From the NCBI GenBank assembly GCA_964569695.1, contig CAZMUA010000014.1:11935-75934 (forward strand): 64,000 nt of DNA, given 5' to 3'. This DNA comes from an uncultured Woeseiaceae bacterium. GTDB taxonomy: Bacteria > Acidobacteriota > Vicinamibacteria > Vicinamibacterales > UBA823. Of the stretch, positions 54,435 through 63,120 are shown piece after piece. The translations under genes were made by a program, and so were the position numbers. The notes beneath the pieces are model-generated. The model ran no database searches. It saw nothing but the letters and a program-made list of their open reading frames with translations, and was not told the DNA's origin. Positions within the stretch are counted from its first letter, which is position 1, and every line of letters starts with the position of its first letter.

Positions 54435-55520
54435 GTGCATTCAACATTTTTTCAGAAGTACCTACTACCGGGATTCATTTTTCAGTCACTGGTGATTGCC
54501 GGGGGCTATGGCACGGGTCGCGAGCTAGTAGAGTTTTTCCTTGATCTTGGTCCTCTCACTGGTTTACTCGCGATGGGTGTTGCGACCGCCATTTGGAGTG
54601 CTGTTGCAGCCTCAAGTTTTGAACTCGCCAGACTGACACGAAGTTACGATTACCGAACGTTCTTCATTCACTTACTAGGTCGTGGGTGGTTCTTATACGA
54701 GATACTCTATTTTCTTACGGCTTTTTTGGTGCTTTCCGTGACTGCCGCCGCGGCCGGTGCAATCTTACGCGAAACGTTTGGCACACCGACACTGGTTGGT
54801 GTTATCGGGATGATGTCTGTTGTTGGGTTTCTTGCACTTCGCGGGACTCCGGCGATCGAACGCTTCTTGGCGAGTTGGTCGTTCATGCTCTATGCCGTTT
54901 TCGGCGCGTTCTTTGTTGCGTCCTGGGTTAGTTTTGGCGATGCGATCTCTACTGGTCTCAGTAGTTCCGAGATCGAGGCTGGGTGGTTTCGGGGTGGTGT
55001 GGAATACGCCGGGTATAACCTACAGATGATCCCCGCTATTCTTTTTTGCATGCGGCATGTGAAGACGCGGACCGAAGCCTTTGGGGCCGGCGTGCTGACA
55101 GGGCCGATTGCGATGCTGCCAGGCCTTCTGTTCTATCTTGCCATGGTAGGGCAGTATCCGGCCATTCTGTCCGAAACTGTGCCAGCGAATTTTTTACTCA
55201 CAGTGATCGGATCACGCACCTTTCAGATCGTGTTTCAAGTCATACTTTTTGGTACGTTAATCGAAACAGGTATTGGACTCGTCCATGGTTTCAATGAACG
55301 GTTGGCGACGACCTATGCCGAGCGTGGCAGCGAGATGCCCACCCGTCTACGTCCGTTAATTGCAATCGCGATGGTTGCGATCGGCGCTGTTTCGGCGCAA
55401 ATTGGATTAATAGATTTGATTGCACGTGGGTATGCAACGGTTACGTGGGGTTTTGTTATGGTTTTCGTCATTCCAGTCTTAACAGTTGGTGTGTGGAAAA
55501 TCTGTAGGCATAGGCCTTGA
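54435..55520 (+). CDS. YkvI-family polytopic membrane protein (putative transporter)
   Basis: The N-terminus IFQSLVIAGGYGTGRELVEFF resembles B. subtilis YkvI (GAGFATGREIVEFF). About 10-11 TM segments. Confidence 0.55.
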   Translation: MHSTFFQKYLLPGFIFQSLVIAGGYGTGRELVEFFLDLGPLTGLLAMGVATAIWSAVAASSFELARLTRSYDYRTFFIHLLGRGWFLYEILYFLTAFLVLSVTAAAAGAILRETFGTPTLVGVIGMMSVVGFLALRGTPAIERFLASWSFMLYAVFGAFFVASWVSFGDAISTGLSSSEIEAGWFRGGVEYAGYNLQMIPAILFCMRHVKTRTEAFGAGVLTGPIAMLPGLLFYLAMVGQYPAILSETVPANFLLTVIGSRTFQIVFQVILFGTLIETGIGLVHGFNERLATTYAERGSEMPTRLRPLIAIAMVAIGAVSAQIGLIDLIARGYATVTWGFVMVFVIPVLTVGVWKICRHRP

Positions 55521-55534
55521 CCCAGATGGTTATG

Positions 55535-56404
55535 TTAGAGGTATTGCTTTAGCGCCTGTTCCGCTGAGCCAACGTAGTGCCCACCGAATAAATTAACATG
55601 CACCAATAATGGGTATAACTGGTACAGGGCGACCCGTGCTTCCGCGCCAGACTCGAGGGGATAACATTCATTGTAGGTTGCAAGGAACCGTGGTCCAGGA
55701 TCGCCAAAAAGATTCAACATGGCTAAATCGATTTCTCGATGTCCGCCATAAACTGCCGGGTCGATGAGGCAAGGGTTGCCTTGCGTATCGGTATGTAAAT
55801 TCCCGCTCCAAAGATCGCCGTGTAATCTTGCGGGAGGTTCAGGTGGCCCCACAAGGTCTTCCATTCGAGAGAACAGACTTGCAAATGAATTGGTCCAGGT
55901 ACGCGGAGCCGCCGCGGTGTCTACGGCTTGCTGTAGTTGTGGTTCAAGCCGGCATGTTACGTAAAAGTCAGCCCAGGATTCGTGCGGGGTATTATTTTGC
56001 TCAAGTGTAGCGATGAAATTGTCGTACCCGAGACCGAACGTGTTAGGAAAGCTTGCATGTAGTGTAGCTAGTTGTTCACCAAGTTGCTCGTCGAAGTTTG
56101 CCGTTCGTTCGGCTGATGCGATCCATTCCAGCACCAAGAACTGTGGGCCTGGACTTGTTTCATCACTGACGGCAATAACTGCGGGAATCGTAATTGCACG
56201 AGGTTCTGCAAGCCAGGCCAAGCCCTGGGCTTCGCATGTAAACATTCTTGGGTTAGCGCGCGGATTCGTTTTAATAAAAACAGTTTGTCCATCAGCAAGG
56301 TGTGCGGAGTACGCCTCACTGATGCTGCCGCCAGTAAGACGCTGTGTTGAGGTGATACCCATACCGAGGACGGTCTCGATTTTTCGCTGTACATCAGGAA
56401 GCAT
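55535..56404 (-). CDS. Fructosamine/ketosamine-3-kinase family protein
   Basis: HGDLWSGN catalytic loop, PAVYGGHREIDLAM. ATG 56404 gives the family-typical N-terminal length. The track start 56461 would overlap the upstream gene by 49 nt. Confidence 0.85.
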   Translation of the reverse strand: MLPDVQRKIETVLGMGITSTQRLTGGSISEAYSAHLADGQTVFIKTNPRANPRMFTCEAQGLAWLAEPRAITIPAVIAVSDETSPGPQFLVLEWIASAERTANFDEQLGEQLATLHASFPNTFGLGYDNFIATLEQNNTPHESWADFYVTCRLEPQLQQAVDTAAAPRTWTNSFASLFSRMEDLVGPPEPPARLHGDLWSGNLHTDTQGNPCLIDPAVYGGHREIDLAMLNLFGDPGPRFLATYNECYPLESGAEARVALYQLYPLLVHVNLFGGHYVGSAEQALKQYL

Positions 56405-56412
56405 GATTCGCG

Positions 56413-56919
56413 TCAAGACAAGTTGTGCTTGGAGCCTAGCAAGGAGAGAAGACCCCGGCATGCTCGTTCACACTGGTCAAAAACTTCTATAAAGCCTGTT
56501 CGCCCGCCACAATAGGGATCTGGGACTTCAGCCTCGGGTGGAGCTGAAGCATCAAATGATCGAAGCAGGAAGATTTTTTCTCGCGCAGACTTGTCGGGTG
56601 CCAGCTCAAGCAAGTCGTCTCGATTCACATGGTCCATCGCTAGGACATAATCGAACTCTGCAAAATCGTCGATTGTGAACTGACGGGCACGACTGTCGAG
56701 GATCACACCGCGTGCCTGTGCCATTTCGTAAGCACGGGAATCCGCCCGTTGGCCAACGTGATAAGACTCCATGCCTGCGCTATCGACTGAAATCTGCTTA
56801 TGGAAGCCGGCTGCATTAAGCAACGATTTCATAATGCCTTCGGCTGTTGGTGATCGACAGATGTTGCCCATGCAAACAAAACATAAGCGGATTTGGGGGT
56901 AGCGCGGTTGACCCATCAT
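56413..56919 (-). CDS. Low-molecular-weight protein-tyrosine-phosphatase family protein
   Basis: P-loop VCMGNICRSP (C-X5-R-S), and a DPY(C)GG aspartate loop. Confidence 0.9.
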   Translation of the reverse strand: MMGQPRYPQIRLCFVCMGNICRSPTAEGIMKSLLNAAGFHKQISVDSAGMESYHVGQRADSRAYEMAQARGVILDSRARQFTIDDFAEFDYVLAMDHVNRDDLLELAPDKSAREKIFLLRSFDASAPPEAEVPDPYCGGRTGFIEVFDQCERACRGLLSLLGSKHNLS

Positions 56920-57177
56920 TTCTCAGAATACAGGAATATGTGACTGATTGGGATCCTGACTTGGGGGACTAGGAGTCGCTGTGAGGCTTGCGTAGCAAAG
57001 CGGTCGGAACTTCAATGAAAGAATGAGTATATAATCCGGTTCTTATTTCATGGTGTGAACTAAATCTCGATTGCGCTACTAGACGCAAACATTGGCGGTT
57101 CTCGTTTTTACTTGAGGTGCCTTAATGCCAGCCGATATGTCGCAACCGAGTCAGAAAGGCTTTTCGGAGGACCGGCA

Positions 57178-58596
57178 ATGGTAAAGTTGCGCGAACCATT
57201 AGATCAATTGCTCCGACTCCCACGAACTTTTACGTCACATCTGTCTTTTCCCGATCCCAAACGCATATTGCTGTATGACGATACCTTGCGCGATGGTGAG
57301 CAAATGCCAGGCGTAGCTTTTTCTCCACAGCAGAAGCTCGAACTGGCAAATCTTCTGGCCGAAATTGGTATCGATGTCATGGACGTGGCGTTTCCCATCT
57401 CGTCAGTAAGCGACCAGGAAGCACTCAAGCTCATTTTGGAAGCACGTCGTTCCGGAAAAATCCGTGATGATGTTGAGATCTTGGCGATGTGTCGAGCAGT
57501 TCAGGGCGATATTGATGTTGTTTTACGCGTCGTCAAGGAGGCCGGATGTCAACCAGGCGATGTATCAGTGTTGATTTTATCGACCTTGTCCGATTTGCAT
57601 CTGAAATACAAACTCGGTCGAACGTTGTTGAAACGAGAGCAGCGCCTTGAGTCTGAATGGCTTGGTGAATCGTTGTCGTTCTATCGGGAAGCCAATATTC
57701 GGATGATTTGTGGAGCGATTGATTATGCGCGGACGCAAGGTATTGAGCAGATAGAGTTCGCTGCAGAGGATGCGAGTCGCAGTGATCTTGATTACGCGAT
57801 TGAATGGGCGAATGCTTGCCAACTAGCAGGTGGAACACGGTTCTGTTTTTCTGACACATGTGGAGTGTTCACTCCAGAGGGTGTCGATCACTATTTTCCT
57901 GCAATTGTTGACACATTAGGTGTGCGAGAGGGCAAGTTGGATCTGACGGCACACTTTCATAACGATTTCGGGTTAGGCGCCATTAACACCGTACGAGCCG
58001 TGATGCATGGCGCTACCCATCCGAGTCTTACTGCCAATGGGATTGGTGAGCGAGCTGGTAACACATCACTTCACCAATTCGTCATGGTGCTGAAAGAACT
58101 CTACGGTGTAACACTGCCAGGGTTTAAGTACGCGCGACTTCAAGAACTCCGCAATGCCGTTGAGCGCGCATCAGGCATTCCGATACAGCCGCACGAACCG
58201 ATTATTGGAGAAGGAGTGTTTTCACACGAGTCAGGTTTGCACACGGCAGCGATTCTTGTGCATCCGGCAATCTATCAGTTCATCCATGAACAAGATGTTG
58301 GTGGGACCCAGCGATTTGTGTTTGGCAAACACTCTGGTGGCAGTGCGATCGAAGAAGTCTTAAAGAAGCACGAGCGGTTATTGGCCGCACAGGGCGTTGT
58401 CCTGAGCGAGGACTTAGTGAAGCAGACGCTGGAGCGTATCAAGGAGTTGCGAGAATCACAGATTGAAACCGGATTTAGTAAGCGTGCCGTGGAGGATTAC
58501 TATTCCAACTACCAAAAACTCGGCATTGATGAGGCTGCACTGATCGAGTTGGTGCTTGAGATTACGAAGGCGCCGACCCCAGTTAGTACGGATTAG
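57178..58596 (+). CDS. DRE-TIM (HMGL-like) 2-isopropylmalate/homocitrate/citramalate synthase family protein
   Basis: LYDDTLRDGEQ, and HFHNDFGLGAINT metal ligands. It has no obvious LeuA regulatory domain. GGAGGA RBS before ATG 57178. Confidence 0.8.
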   Translation: MVKLREPLDQLLRLPRTFTSHLSFPDPKRILLYDDTLRDGEQMPGVAFSPQQKLELANLLAEIGIDVMDVAFPISSVSDQEALKLILEARRSGKIRDDVEILAMCRAVQGDIDVVLRVVKEAGCQPGDVSVLILSTLSDLHLKYKLGRTLLKREQRLESEWLGESLSFYREANIRMICGAIDYARTQGIEQIEFAAEDASRSDLDYAIEWANACQLAGGTRFCFSDTCGVFTPEGVDHYFPAIVDTLGVREGKLDLTAHFHNDFGLGAINTVRAVMHGATHPSLTANGIGERAGNTSLHQFVMVLKELYGVTLPGFKYARLQELRNAVERASGIPIQPHEPIIGEGVFSHESGLHTAAILVHPAIYQFIHEQDVGGTQRFVFGKHSGGSAIEEVLKKHERLLAAQGVVLSEDLVKQTLERIKELRESQIETGFSKRAVEDYYSNYQKLGIDEAALIELVLEITKAPTPVSTD

Positions 58597-58621
58597 CCAT
58601 TTAGACCGGAGGGTTGAGAGT

Positions 58622-59488
58622 ATGAACAAGATTTCTAGACGGACAGTCATTAACACGGTTGGGGTAGCATTAGGGGCCGCGGCGCTTACTTCTCAGTCGG
58701 TCGCTTCAAGCCAAGGTCCGGTCGTGCGGAACGGCCGGCTCAAACAGTCGGTGTCGCGGTGGCCTTATAACAACATTCCCTTTCGAGCATTTTGCGAAGC
58801 CGTTGCGGACATGGGCTTGCCGGCGATAGACCTCTTGGAACAAGACGAATGGAGTATTGCAGCGGAATATGGTCTGGTCTGCTCAATGGGTTATGGCGGC
58901 GGCGGTACGATCGAGGACGGACTTAATGTCCGAACGAACCATGACGAAATCGTTGCAAATCTGCAACGGGCGCTGCCCCTCGCCGTGGCGCATAACGTGC
59001 CAAACCTCATCACGTTCTTCGGTAATCGGCGCGGTATGGGTGATGCTGAAGCCATTAAGAATTGTGTGGATGCTTTGCGCCGGCTGGCGCCGGCTGCCGA
59101 GGAACACGGCGTGACGATCTGTGTTGAACTGCTGAACAGTAAAATTGACCATCCTGATTATCATGGTGACCGAACGCCGTTCGGTGCAGAAATTATTCGT
59201 TTGGTTGAGTCGCCACGGGTGAAGCTTTTGAATGATATTTATCATATGCAAATCATGGAAGGTGATGTTATACGTACGATCCGTGATTATGCAGACGACA
59301 TTGCGCATTACCATACGGGTGGCGTGCCAGGGCGGAACGAACTGGATGAAAACCAGGAATTGCAGTGGCCCGCCATTTGTCGAGCAATCGTTGAGACGGG
59401 GTTTAATGGTTATGTTGCGCACGAGTTCGTTCCGACGCGAGACCCATTGACGTCCTTGCGTGAAGCGGTTGCACTGTGTGATGTCTAA
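58622..59488 (+). CDS. Hydroxypyruvate-isomerase-like TIM-barrel protein with Tat-type leader (paralog of 30524-31444)
   Basis: The leader is MNKISRRTVINTVGVALGAAALTSQSVA. Also LNDIYHMQIMEGDV and YVAHEF. Confidence 0.8.
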   Translation: MNKISRRTVINTVGVALGAAALTSQSVASSQGPVVRNGRLKQSVSRWPYNNIPFRAFCEAVADMGLPAIDLLEQDEWSIAAEYGLVCSMGYGGGGTIEDGLNVRTNHDEIVANLQRALPLAVAHNVPNLITFFGNRRGMGDAEAIKNCVDALRRLAPAAEEHGVTICVELLNSKIDHPDYHGDRTPFGAEIIRLVESPRVKLLNDIYHMQIMEGDVIRTIRDYADDIAHYHTGGVPGRNELDENQELQWPAICRAIVETGFNGYVAHEFVPTRDPLTSLREAVALCDV

Positions 59489-59632
59489 GTTGGTCATTGT
59501 CTGAATCACTCAGGAGGAATAGGTTCCATGGGAACCGGATAATGCAATTCAAGGTAAGAGTTTTCAAAGTGCTCTTTCGTGATGGTCGGCAGCGTGCCGA
59601 TAGCTGGTGCAAGAAGTAAGGATTCGACGTTT

Positions 59633-60541
59633 ATGTCACTCTTCGATCAGTTCATTTCCTCAACGCTCCCATTCATTCCAAAGCCAGTTGTTCGTGTTAT
59701 TGCGAACCCGTACATTGCCGGTGAGACGATTGACGATCTTTTGACTAGCATCACGCAATTAAATGCAAATGGATGCATTGCTGCAGCCGGCATGCTCGGC
59801 GAGTTTATTGAAGATCGCCCTGCGGCGACTGAGGTTGTGCGTGAATACGAAAAAGTGCTCGACGCGATTCAGCAGCAACAGTTGGATAGCAATATTCATG
59901 TCAAGCCGACCCACCTCGGCTTGAAGCTCGATAAGGAATTTTGCTATCAGAACATACGAAGACTGGTGCAAGCTGCTCGCGCGCACAAGAATTTCTTGCG
60001 GATCGACACGGAAGATTCGAGTTGTGTCGATGATACGTTGGATATTCATGCTAGGTTGCACGAGGAATTCGATAATGTTGGCGCCGTGGTGCAGGCTTAT
60101 TTGCGGCGCAGTCCATCCATTGTTCAAGGGTTAACGAAGATCAAAGCCAATGTCCGTTTGTGTAAGGGTGTGTATGTCGAACCAAGCGCAATTGCGTATC
60201 AGGAGCGCAAGGTCATCCAAGACAACTACACGTCGTTGTTGGAAGAACTGCTTAACGCTGGCTGCTATGTTGGCATTGCTACCCACGATGAAAAACTGGT
60301 TTGGGAGGCCTTCCGGGTCATCGATCGGTTGGGCTTGGATCCGTCTCAGTACGAGTTTCAGATGCTTTTGGGAGTAGGGGGGTCACTGCGCCGGGGAATA
60401 CTTGAGGCAGGACATCGATTACGTGTTGCTGTGCCATTTGGCGCTGAGTGGTACCCGTATTCGATACGTCGTCTTCGAAAGAATCCCACAATCGCGAGGC
60501 ACGTTCTGAAAGCAATAGTGAGTCGTGAGCGGTGGGCGTAG
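59633..60541 (+). CDS. Proline dehydrogenase (monofunctional)
   Basis: HVKPTHLG, LRIDTEDS, VVQAYLRRS, RLCKGVY and GIATHD are typical of the bacterial ProDH family. Confidence 0.8.
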   Translation: MSLFDQFISSTLPFIPKPVVRVIANPYIAGETIDDLLTSITQLNANGCIAAAGMLGEFIEDRPAATEVVREYEKVLDAIQQQQLDSNIHVKPTHLGLKLDKEFCYQNIRRLVQAARAHKNFLRIDTEDSSCVDDTLDIHARLHEEFDNVGAVVQAYLRRSPSIVQGLTKIKANVRLCKGVYVEPSAIAYQERKVIQDNYTSLLEELLNAGCYVGIATHDEKLVWEAFRVIDRLGLDPSQYEFQMLLGVGGSLRRGILEAGHRLRVAVPFGAEWYPYSIRRLRKNPTIARHVLKAIVSRERWA

Positions 60542-60544
60542 TAA

Positions 60545-60973
60545 CTACTGCTGGGATACTAGTTTTTCCATAAATCGTTCAGGTGCGGTCAACGGCGAGA
60601 ATCCATAGGGTTCGTACAGAGCATGCGCGTCCGCAGTGACAAGTAGCCACCGCTTTAAACCCTGTAATTGGGTATGCTGTGTGATGCAGGTGACCAAGTG
60701 CTTTCCAAGTCCATGACCACGATGTTGAGCAAGCACATAGACGTCAGCGATATAGGCAAACGTTGAAAAGTCGCTTATGACCCTGCCGAATCCAATCTGA
60801 CCTTGCTCATGGTAGAGACCGAAACAAAGGGAGTGCTCAACCGACTGTCTAACCACATCTAGCGACCGCCCTTTGGACCAGTATGAATTGACGAGAAAAT
60901 CGTGAATAGCTGGTATGTCAAGGCGCTTCTTGTCGGTGCTGATCTGATAATCGCCGTCTTGCCAGAGGGTCAT
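60545..60973 (-). CDS. GNAT family N-acetyltransferase
   Basis: The acetyl-CoA motif is VLAQHRGHGLGKHLV. 142 aa. Confidence 0.8.
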   Translation of the reverse strand: MTLWQDGDYQISTDKKRLDIPAIHDFLVNSYWSKGRSLDVVRQSVEHSLCFGLYHEQGQIGFGRVISDFSTFAYIADVYVLAQHRGHGLGKHLVTCITQHTQLQGLKRWLLVTADAHALYEPYGFSPLTAPERFMEKLVSQQ

Positions 60974-60996
60974 CGCTGTTCTCCAGGAGAGTCGTC

Positions 60997-62013
60997 TCAG
61001 TTGATGTTGGAACCGATCACGCGTTGCCGAATGGTGAAAACCTCTCGTTCATCGAGGTTCACGGTGACGTGCGCCCAGTGAACACTAGGGTAGCCAAACG
61101 CTTCTACTCGTGTGAAGTTGTTAATGACTCTCCCGGTTTCTGGTTCTCGCAACGGTTTATCAACTCTGAAGATGTGCGTGTCGCCAGTGGCAAAAACAAC
61201 TGGACGTCCGAAAGCGATTGTTGCTTTAGCTAGTGGACCGTAAAGGCGTTCAATACCTGGACGTGGCGCTAGACAGCCTTCACACAAGAGATTGACGACT
61301 GGGGGGTTGCCAGACACGACCCACGGATCTGCCTGCATCGCGAGGAATAATCCAGGACTATTGATCGCCTTAGCTCGCTCAAAGGCTCGGTCAATCCAGG
61401 CCAACGCGGCATCCATGAGTTCGGATTGCATTGTGATCAATTCGGTGGATTCGTTACCGGTCAGCACGATCAGATGAATTGTTGCGAAGACAATGCCGTG
61501 GTATTCCCAGAGAGCGTTCTCAACCATGGATGGAAATTGAGGATCGGCTGCCTGTGTTTCGACGGGCAAGGTGCGTCCACCAGTGGTTTGGGTTGGCTCG
61601 GGATAGAACGTTTCTCTCAGGAAGCTGAGTCGTTCGACTTCATCGAACCCGCCCGCTAGTGTGGTCCCGCAGTCGAACCAGTCGTTATCGCCAGGAGTAA
61701 AGATGAAGGGTGCATCGAAACCTTGGTAGAGATTGAAACGTCCTTGAATAATCTTGTCGGAACAAGGACTCTGCGCTGTTGAGCGGATATCGCCAACGTG
61801 AAGAACCCACTGGAGATTCTTGTGACCGTTCACATCTTCGATCAGACGTTCGAATTTTGGTACATGCTCTGGCGGATAAGGGTTATCTCCGATTAGAGCA
61901 AACTCAAAAGAGTGTGAATCAGTCTGCGGTGCTATCTGTGCTGGGCGTGCGGATGGTTGGCATCCAATGCATAACGTAGTGAAAAGCAGGGTAGCGACAC
62001 GTCGTTGATTCAC
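60997..62013 (-). CDS. Metallophosphoesterase (calcineurin-like), exported
   Basis: Motifs: GDNPY, HVGD, GDND, and GDTH near the C-terminus. GTG start with hydrophobic leader LLFTTLCIGC. Confidence 0.7.
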   Translation of the reverse strand: MNQRRVATLLFTTLCIGCQPSARPAQIAPQTDSHSFEFALIGDNPYPPEHVPKFERLIEDVNGHKNLQWVLHVGDIRSTAQSPCSDKIIQGRFNLYQGFDAPFIFTPGDNDWFDCGTTLAGGFDEVERLSFLRETFYPEPTQTTGGRTLPVETQAADPQFPSMVENALWEYHGIVFATIHLIVLTGNESTELITMQSELMDAALAWIDRAFERAKAINSPGLFLAMQADPWVVSGNPPVVNLLCEGCLAPRPGIERLYGPLAKATIAFGRPVVFATGDTHIFRVDKPLREPETGRVINNFTRVEAFGYPSVHWAHVTVNLDEREVFTIRQRVIGSNIN

Positions 62014-62127
62014 AGTACACCTATTCAGATCTGAGCGGTAGACTCAATGACGGCACTTGATGCACATGCGCATAGTCGTGGACTAAGTTCAGTTCGACGA
62101 TCTGTCTAGAAGGTTGCCTGACAGCAA

Positions 62128-62631
62128 TCAGTTATTGACTGTGGCCATGCACTCGATTTCAAGCTCCGCATCATATGCGAGTGCGGTCGAACCAAATGCA
62201 CTCCGTGCGGGAAAATGTTCTGGAAAAAAGGTCACGTAAACCTCATTCATGGCAGACCATTGACTCATGTCAGCCATAAACACCATGCATTTAACTACTT
62301 GATTCATGGATGAGCCGTTTTCTTCCAGCACGGCTTTAATATTTTCCATTGTTTGTCGTGTTTCGGCTTGGACCCCGCCTTCCACGACACTTGTTGCGCC
62401 AGGTTCGGCACCAAGCTGTCCGGATACGTAGAGCATATTGTCCACTCGAACTGCAGACGAGAAGGGTAACCCTGGTGGCCCAGGGATGTACTCCACGTCT
62501 GGGCCAGGGCGCGGCGAGTTCGCGTCGCTGCTATTGTCAACGATATTGGGAGCAAACTCGCATCCGACGTTTCCAAGGGCAAACACGATGATAATCGCAG
62601 GAGCGATTAAAGCGCGAGTTACATACGACAT
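62128..62631 (-). CDS. RidA/YjgF family protein with lipoprotein-like signal peptide
   Basis: The RidA core is LYVSGQLG...NIKAVLEENGSSMNQVVKCMVFM...ARSAFGSTALAYDAELEIECMA. The leader is ALIAPAIIIVFALGNVGC. Confidence 0.8.
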   Translation of the reverse strand: MSYVTRALIAPAIIIVFALGNVGCEFAPNIVDNSSDANSPRPGPDVEYIPGPPGLPFSSAVRVDNMLYVSGQLGAEPGATSVVEGGVQAETRQTMENIKAVLEENGSSMNQVVKCMVFMADMSQWSAMNEVYVTFFPEHFPARSAFGSTALAYDAELEIECMATVNN

Positions 62632-62643
62632 GAGTAGTTCTCC

Positions 62644-62910
62644 TTATTCTGCAAATTTATCGGCACACAAATTATAAAGCCAAGCGAAGATGGCTCCCCC
62701 AACTGCGCCGTCCAGCAGTCCGTATAAGGTGCCAATAAGTACTTGACCAAAACTCGCAGTTGCCTGATAGCCAGGATAAATCGAAGTGACTATATCGAGA
62801 GCTGCTTGTCCGTAACCCGACCAAAGCAAGTTTCCAAGGCCTAATACAAAGATAGCTCCTCCCCAGAACAATCCAAACGTTACAGCCGTAGCCTTGACAT
62901 TAAACTTCAT
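62644..62910 (-). CDS. Small Gly-rich membrane protein (about 3 TM), unknown function
   Basis: 88-aa ORF with hydrophobic segments. Its stop is 12 nt before the RidA start, so the two are probably co-transcribed. Confidence 0.5.
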   Translation of the reverse strand: MKFNVKATAVTFGLFWGGAIFVLGLGNLLWSGYGQAALDIVTSIYPGYQATASFGQVLIGTLYGLLDGAVGGAIFAWLYNLCADKFAE

Positions 62911-63120
62911 GGTTTAAACCTCCTTTTGACCTTAGTAATTCAATGGAGATATTAGCTTTCTTGCGCTGCAGCGCACGGTCATGTTGGACATTTTAGATGG
63001 AAAATCATCAAGATTGTAGGTGGTTCTTCCAGCGGACACAATACTCTACCCTCATCCTCTTTTTTAACAACTTCTACCTACTCTCTTGTCGCCTAGCGTG
63101 AAATCCTAAACAATGAAGCA

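Noticed and set aside
56013-56492. 159-aa plus-strand ORF
   Set aside because: It is antisense to the FN3K-like gene (HGDLWSGN on the minus strand).
56920-57177. Leader peptide, attenuator or T-box upstream of the IPMS-like gene (and likewise upstream of glnS, 62911-63120)
   Set aside because: Only weak 5-bp stems are present, plus a 3-codon ATG-GTG-TGA mini-ORF. There is no Leu-rich leader, no terminator with a T-run and no T-box specifier-like architecture.
58883-59509. 208-aa minus-strand ORF
   Set aside because: It is fully antisense to the well-conserved Hyi-like gene (LNDIYHMQIMEG, YVAHEF). It has no recognisable motif and no RBS.
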